From assembly GCA_965242965.1 (NCBI GenBank), contig OZ251518.1:2752001-2816000 (forward strand): 64,000 nt of DNA. The letters run 5' to 3'. A program made the position numbers and the translations under genes. Positions 60,618 through 64,000 of the stretch are shown here, piece after piece. The notes under the pieces are model-generated. The model worked only from the letters and a program-made list of their open reading frames with translations. It did no database searches and was not told where the DNA came from. The stretch's first letter is position 1; every line of letters starts with the position of its first letter. This DNA comes from Candidatus Poribacteria bacterium. GTDB taxonomy: Bacteria; Poribacteria; WGA-4E; WGA-3G.

Positions 60618-63452
60618 ATGCGTTTTATAGCCGTTTTCGTTTTCTTAATTGCTGTCGCCCTCGCCGTCGGATGGTTTACTTACCAAAACCTTGACAGCTT
60701 CGCACAGGGACAAGTCATGCGTATCTTTGGTGCCATCGCTGCTGTCCTCGTCGCTATCCTCGTCGCTTTCGCCGTGACCGTCATCCGCTATCGGATACCG
60801 AAAGCGGATATCGCCCTCGTGAGGACCGGTGGCGCGCGCGAGAAAATCCGCATCACCGGCGGCCTCTGGGTAAACACCATCATTCACGAAATCAAGGAAA
60901 TCTCCCTCAATACCATAAGAATTGAGGTAATCCGAGAAGGACCGGAGGCATTGATTACCTACGATTTCAACCGTGGTGATGTTGAGGTAGTCTTCTACCT
61001 GAAGGTGGAGCCGGTAGAGAATGCTATCCTCCGCGCAGCGCAGGCACTCGGCGATAAATCGATGACTCCCGAAACCGTGCGCGAACTCATCGAACCCAAA
61101 CTTGAAGGCGCGCTCCGAAGCGTCGCCGCCGAAAGTGAAATCCAGAACCTACTCCAAAAACGCCAAGAATTCGCCGATAAAGTGCAAGCCGCCTGCGGTG
61201 AAGACTTGGAAACACAAAACGGATTGACACTCGAAACCGTCTCGATTATCCGAGTAGATCAGACACCGGTTGAGACGCTGGACCCGGAGAACCGATTCGA
61301 TGCTGTCGGTATCCGTGAAATTACCGAAATCACCGCCGATCAAGAACGCGAAAAAGCACGCATCGTCTGGGAAAAAGAGGTAGCGATTGTTCGCATCGAG
61401 GTGGATGCACGCATTCAGCAATTGGACGCGGAACAAGAACAGGAATGGGCCCAGTCAGACCAGCAGCGGAATATCGCTCTCGTCGCCGCCGAACGACAGG
61501 CGGAAACCCTCAAGTTTCAATATGAGATGGACCAGGGTGTCCAAGAGCGCGAATACGAAATGAAACAGGAGGTTGAGAAAGCGCGCATCGCTCAGGAACA
61601 GGCTGTCCAAGAACGTGAGATTGAGATGAACCGCGACGTGGAAGTCGCACGCGTGCAACAAGAACAGATCGTCGCCGAACGCGAAATCGAGAAAAACCTC
61701 ATCGTTGAGACGCAGCAGATTGAGCAGTCTAAAGTCGTCCAACTCGCCGAGATTGAGCAGCATCTCGCCGTGCAGATGCAGAAAATCGAGCAGGAGCAGC
61801 AACTCGCCGTTCGCGACATTGAGAAGCAGCTCACCGTTGAGAAGGCGCGCATCGCCCAAGAAGAGGCGGTATCCTTACGCGATATTGAACGCGACTTGCT
61901 CGTTCAAACCGAACGCCTCGGACAGGAGCAACAGGTGCAACAACGCGAGATTGAAAAGAATCTCGTCGTCGAAACCGCCCAGATCGATCAGCTCCGACAA
62001 GTCGAACTCGCCGAGATTGCCAAAATCCTCGCCGTGGAAGTCACCCGCATCGTCCAAGAACAGCAGGTGGAAACGCGCGACATTGAGAAGCAGCTCTTCG
62101 TAGAGAAGGCGCGCATCGCCCAAGAAGAGGGAGTCTCCTTACGCGATATTGAACGCGACTTGCTCGTTCAAACCGAACGCCTCGGACAGGAGCAACAGGT
62201 GCAGCAGCGCGAGATTGAGAAGAACCTCGTCGTCGAAACCGCCCAGATCGATCAGCTCCGACAGGTGGAACTCGCCGAGATTGCCAAAATCCTCGCCGTA
62301 GAGGTAACGCGGATTGCGCAGGAACAACAGGTAGAGACGCGTGATATTGAGAAGCAGCTCTTCGTAGAGAAGGCGCGCATCGCTCAGGAAGAGGGAGTCT
62401 CCATACGCGATATTGAACGCGACTTGCTTGTCCAAACCGAACGGTTAAGTCAGGAGCAACAGGTGCAGCAGCGCGAGATTGAAAAGAATCTCGTCGTCGA
62501 AACCGCCCAGATCGATCAGCTCCGACAGGTGGAACTCGCCGAGATTGCCAAAATCCTCGCCGTAGAGGTAACGCGGATTGCGCAGGAACAACAGGTAGAG
62601 ACGCGTGATATTGAGAAGCAACTCTTCGTAGAGAAGGCGCGCATCGCTCAGGAAGAGGGAGTCTCCATACGCGATATCGAACGCGACCTGCTTGTCCAAA
62701 CCGAACGCCTCGGACAGGAACAGCAAGTGCAACAGCGCGAGATTGAGAAGAACCTCGTTGTCGAAACCGCCCAGATCGACCAGGTTCGGCAAGTTGAACT
62801 CGCCGAGATTGCTAGAATGCTTAACGTGGAACAGTCCCGAATCAATCAGGAATTGCGCGTGACGTTGAGCGACGAAGATAGGAATATCGAAGTCGCCCAG
62901 AAACAGCAGGTGACGGCACTCGCGGAGAAGGAGCAGTTGCTTGCGGAAGCCGAACGCATGGGTGCCGAGGTGAACGTCACAGCAACGGAGCAGGTGAAAG
63001 AGGCGGAGTGGCAGCGTGAAGTCGCCATCATCGGTGCGGAGGCGCAGGCGCAGCCGATTGAACGTCTCGCCGATGCGGTGCTTGCCGAAGCGCGGGCCAA
63101 AGCGCAAGGCGAGATGGCGGAATACGAAGCGCGCAACGTCGCCGAACAACGCGTCCTCGTGCAGGAGGCAATCTTGGAGCTCATTGAGGAAGCACCGGAG
63201 ATTATCGAGCAGATGGTTAAACCCGTTGAGAAGATCGACAGTATCAAAATCTTGGACATGGGGAATACCGATGGGCAAGGCGGCATCAACCGGAACAACA
63301 TGGGCAAACTGGCGAACGCGCTGCTTGACACCGGGGTGATTTCTCCGATGCTGAAGGAGTTGTTCAACTTCGCCGATGTCGATGCACAGCAGATTACCGA
63401 CAAAATCGCTGAGTATCTGGCAGACCTGGTGAATAGCCCGAATGCCAGTTAA
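60618..63452 (+). CDS. Giant SPFH/flotillin-family protein (944 aa) with expanded coiled-coil repeats
   Basis: Two N-terminal TM helices; ALVRTG, EISLNT, LEGALRSVAA, NGLTLETVSI, NRFDAVG (SPFH); C-terminal PVEKIDSIKIL (flotillin). Confidence 0.9.
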   Translation: MRFIAVFVFLIAVALAVGWFTYQNLDSFAQGQVMRIFGAIAAVLVAILVAFAVTVIRYRIPKADIALVRTGGAREKIRITGGLWVNTIIHEIKEISLNTIRIEVIREGPEALITYDFNRGDVEVVFYLKVEPVENAILRAAQALGDKSMTPETVRELIEPKLEGALRSVAAESEIQNLLQKRQEFADKVQAACGEDLETQNGLTLETVSIIRVDQTPVETLDPENRFDAVGIREITEITADQEREKARIVWEKEVAIVRIEVDARIQQLDAEQEQEWAQSDQQRNIALVAAERQAETLKFQYEMDQGVQEREYEMKQEVEKARIAQEQAVQEREIEMNRDVEVARVQQEQIVAEREIEKNLIVETQQIEQSKVVQLAEIEQHLAVQMQKIEQEQQLAVRDIEKQLTVEKARIAQEEAVSLRDIERDLLVQTERLGQEQQVQQREIEKNLVVETAQIDQLRQVELAEIAKILAVEVTRIVQEQQVETRDIEKQLFVEKARIAQEEGVSLRDIERDLLVQTERLGQEQQVQQREIEKNLVVETAQIDQLRQVELAEIAKILAVEVTRIAQEQQVETRDIEKQLFVEKARIAQEEGVSIRDIERDLLVQTERLSQEQQVQQREIEKNLVVETAQIDQLRQVELAEIAKILAVEVTRIAQEQQVETRDIEKQLFVEKARIAQEEGVSIRDIERDLLVQTERLGQEQQVQQREIEKNLVVETAQIDQVRQVELAEIARMLNVEQSRINQELRVTLSDEDRNIEVAQKQQVTALAEKEQLLAEAERMGAEVNVTATEQVKEAEWQREVAIIGAEAQAQPIERLADAVLAEARAKAQGEMAEYEARNVAEQRVLVQEAILELIEEAPEIIEQMVKPVEKIDSIKILDMGNTDGQGGINRNNMGKLANALLDTGVISPMLKELFNFADVDAQQITDKIAEYLADLVNSPNAS
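61780..62815 (+). repeat. 264-bp (88-aa = 4 x 22-aa) intragenic tandem repeat, about 3.5-4 copies
   Basis: VS(L/I)RDIERDLL codons recur at about 61869, 62133, 62397 and 62661. Confidence 0.9.
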
Positions 63453-63454
63453 AC

Positions 63455-63905
63455 GAGGGTGTTTCATAAATCGCTCAACGTCGCGGGGACAGCCCCCCGC
63501 GATACGGTGAAAAAACGCCGCCCCTTCATCGTAGGGCGAGGGCCTGTCCCTCGCCATCGCTCGCGTCATCCAACGCTCGCGGGGGACAGGCCCCCGCGCT
63601 ACGGGAACACCTAAGAAATCGTCCCCTTCACGTAGGGCGAGGGCCTGTCCCTCGCCATGCGTTTGGCTCGCAGACCGCATCACCTCTGTAGGTCAAGATC
63701 GCCTGATCTTGACCCGTTTGTGATCAGGCGATCACAAACTACAGAGAGGGGTGAACGAAAAAAAACGGCGCGCGTGCTTTTAGGTCCTAAAGGCCCTAAA
63801 ACGCCCCCTCTTGACGATGGCGTTCGCGGGGGACAGGCCCCCGCGCTACGGTAACACCTAAGAAATCGTCCCCTTCACGTAGGGCGAGGGCCTATCCCTC
63901 GCCAC
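63455..63905. repeat. Left TIR of the MITE-like family plus REP cluster
   Basis: GAGGGTGTTTCATAAATCGCTCAACGTCGCG begins 2 bp after the flotillin stop; no right TIR seen. Confidence 0.7.
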
Positions 63906-63952
63906 GCCAACCTATAAGGGCAGCTTGCTATATCTGTCCACCGGAGGGAGAT

Positions 63953-64000
63953 ATGGATAGACTGAAACAAAACATCGCCGATACACTCCAATGCTTGGCA
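63953..64000 (+). CDS. 5' end of a gene running off the window (MDRLKQNIADTLQCLA...)
   Basis: GGAGGGAG RBS followed by ATG and an open frame to the window end. Confidence 0.45.
   Translation, partial: MDRLKQNIADTLQCLA

Noticed and set aside
49560-63452. FtsH and the flotillin as an HflKC-like functional unit
   Set aside because: They are 9 kb apart with separate promoters and intervening opposite-strand genes, and ftsH-folP is an ordinary conserved linkage.
1-64000. Autonomous transposase, RAYT, reverse transcriptase, integrase or prophage explaining the repeats
   Set aside because: No ORF with recognisable HUH/Y1, DDE, YxDD-RT or recombinase motifs in the window; any mobiliser must act in trans.

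Overview
Bacterial chromosomal window with about 36 protein-coding genes and no rRNA, intact tRNA, CRISPR array or transposase that I can support. Gene content points to Candidatus Poribacteria (inference): six PhyH-family dioxygenases, WD40 and LRR secreted proteins with dockerin-like plus LLxNYPNPFNPETWIPY C-terminal domains, and a LamG protein with a TTTWGRLK tail. Housekeeping genes include glgB, ftsH-folP-acpS, yigZ and mqnD. Nearly every intergenic space is filled with GTAG-anchored REP-like hairpins. Main observations: (1) a MITE-like element with 14-bp TIRs (GAGGGTGTTTCATA) and 8-9-bp target-site duplications whose interior is a different REP assortment in each copy; (2) a beta/gamma-crystallin gene followed by a giant 944-aa flotillin with 88-aa repeats, behind a consensus promoter; (3) an operon of two Omp85-like barrels, a TonB-like PA14 protein and duplicated DUF4159 genes enclosing an ABC-ATPase/TOPRIM pair; (4) three stacked sigma70 promoters firing into a structured RNA and small ORF upstream of an FRG-TPR gene; (5) PhyH enzymes with non-canonical iron-binding triads; (6) an apparently frameshifted type IIG/ISP-like restriction-modification gene. 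All family assignments come from motif recognition by eye; no database searches were run.
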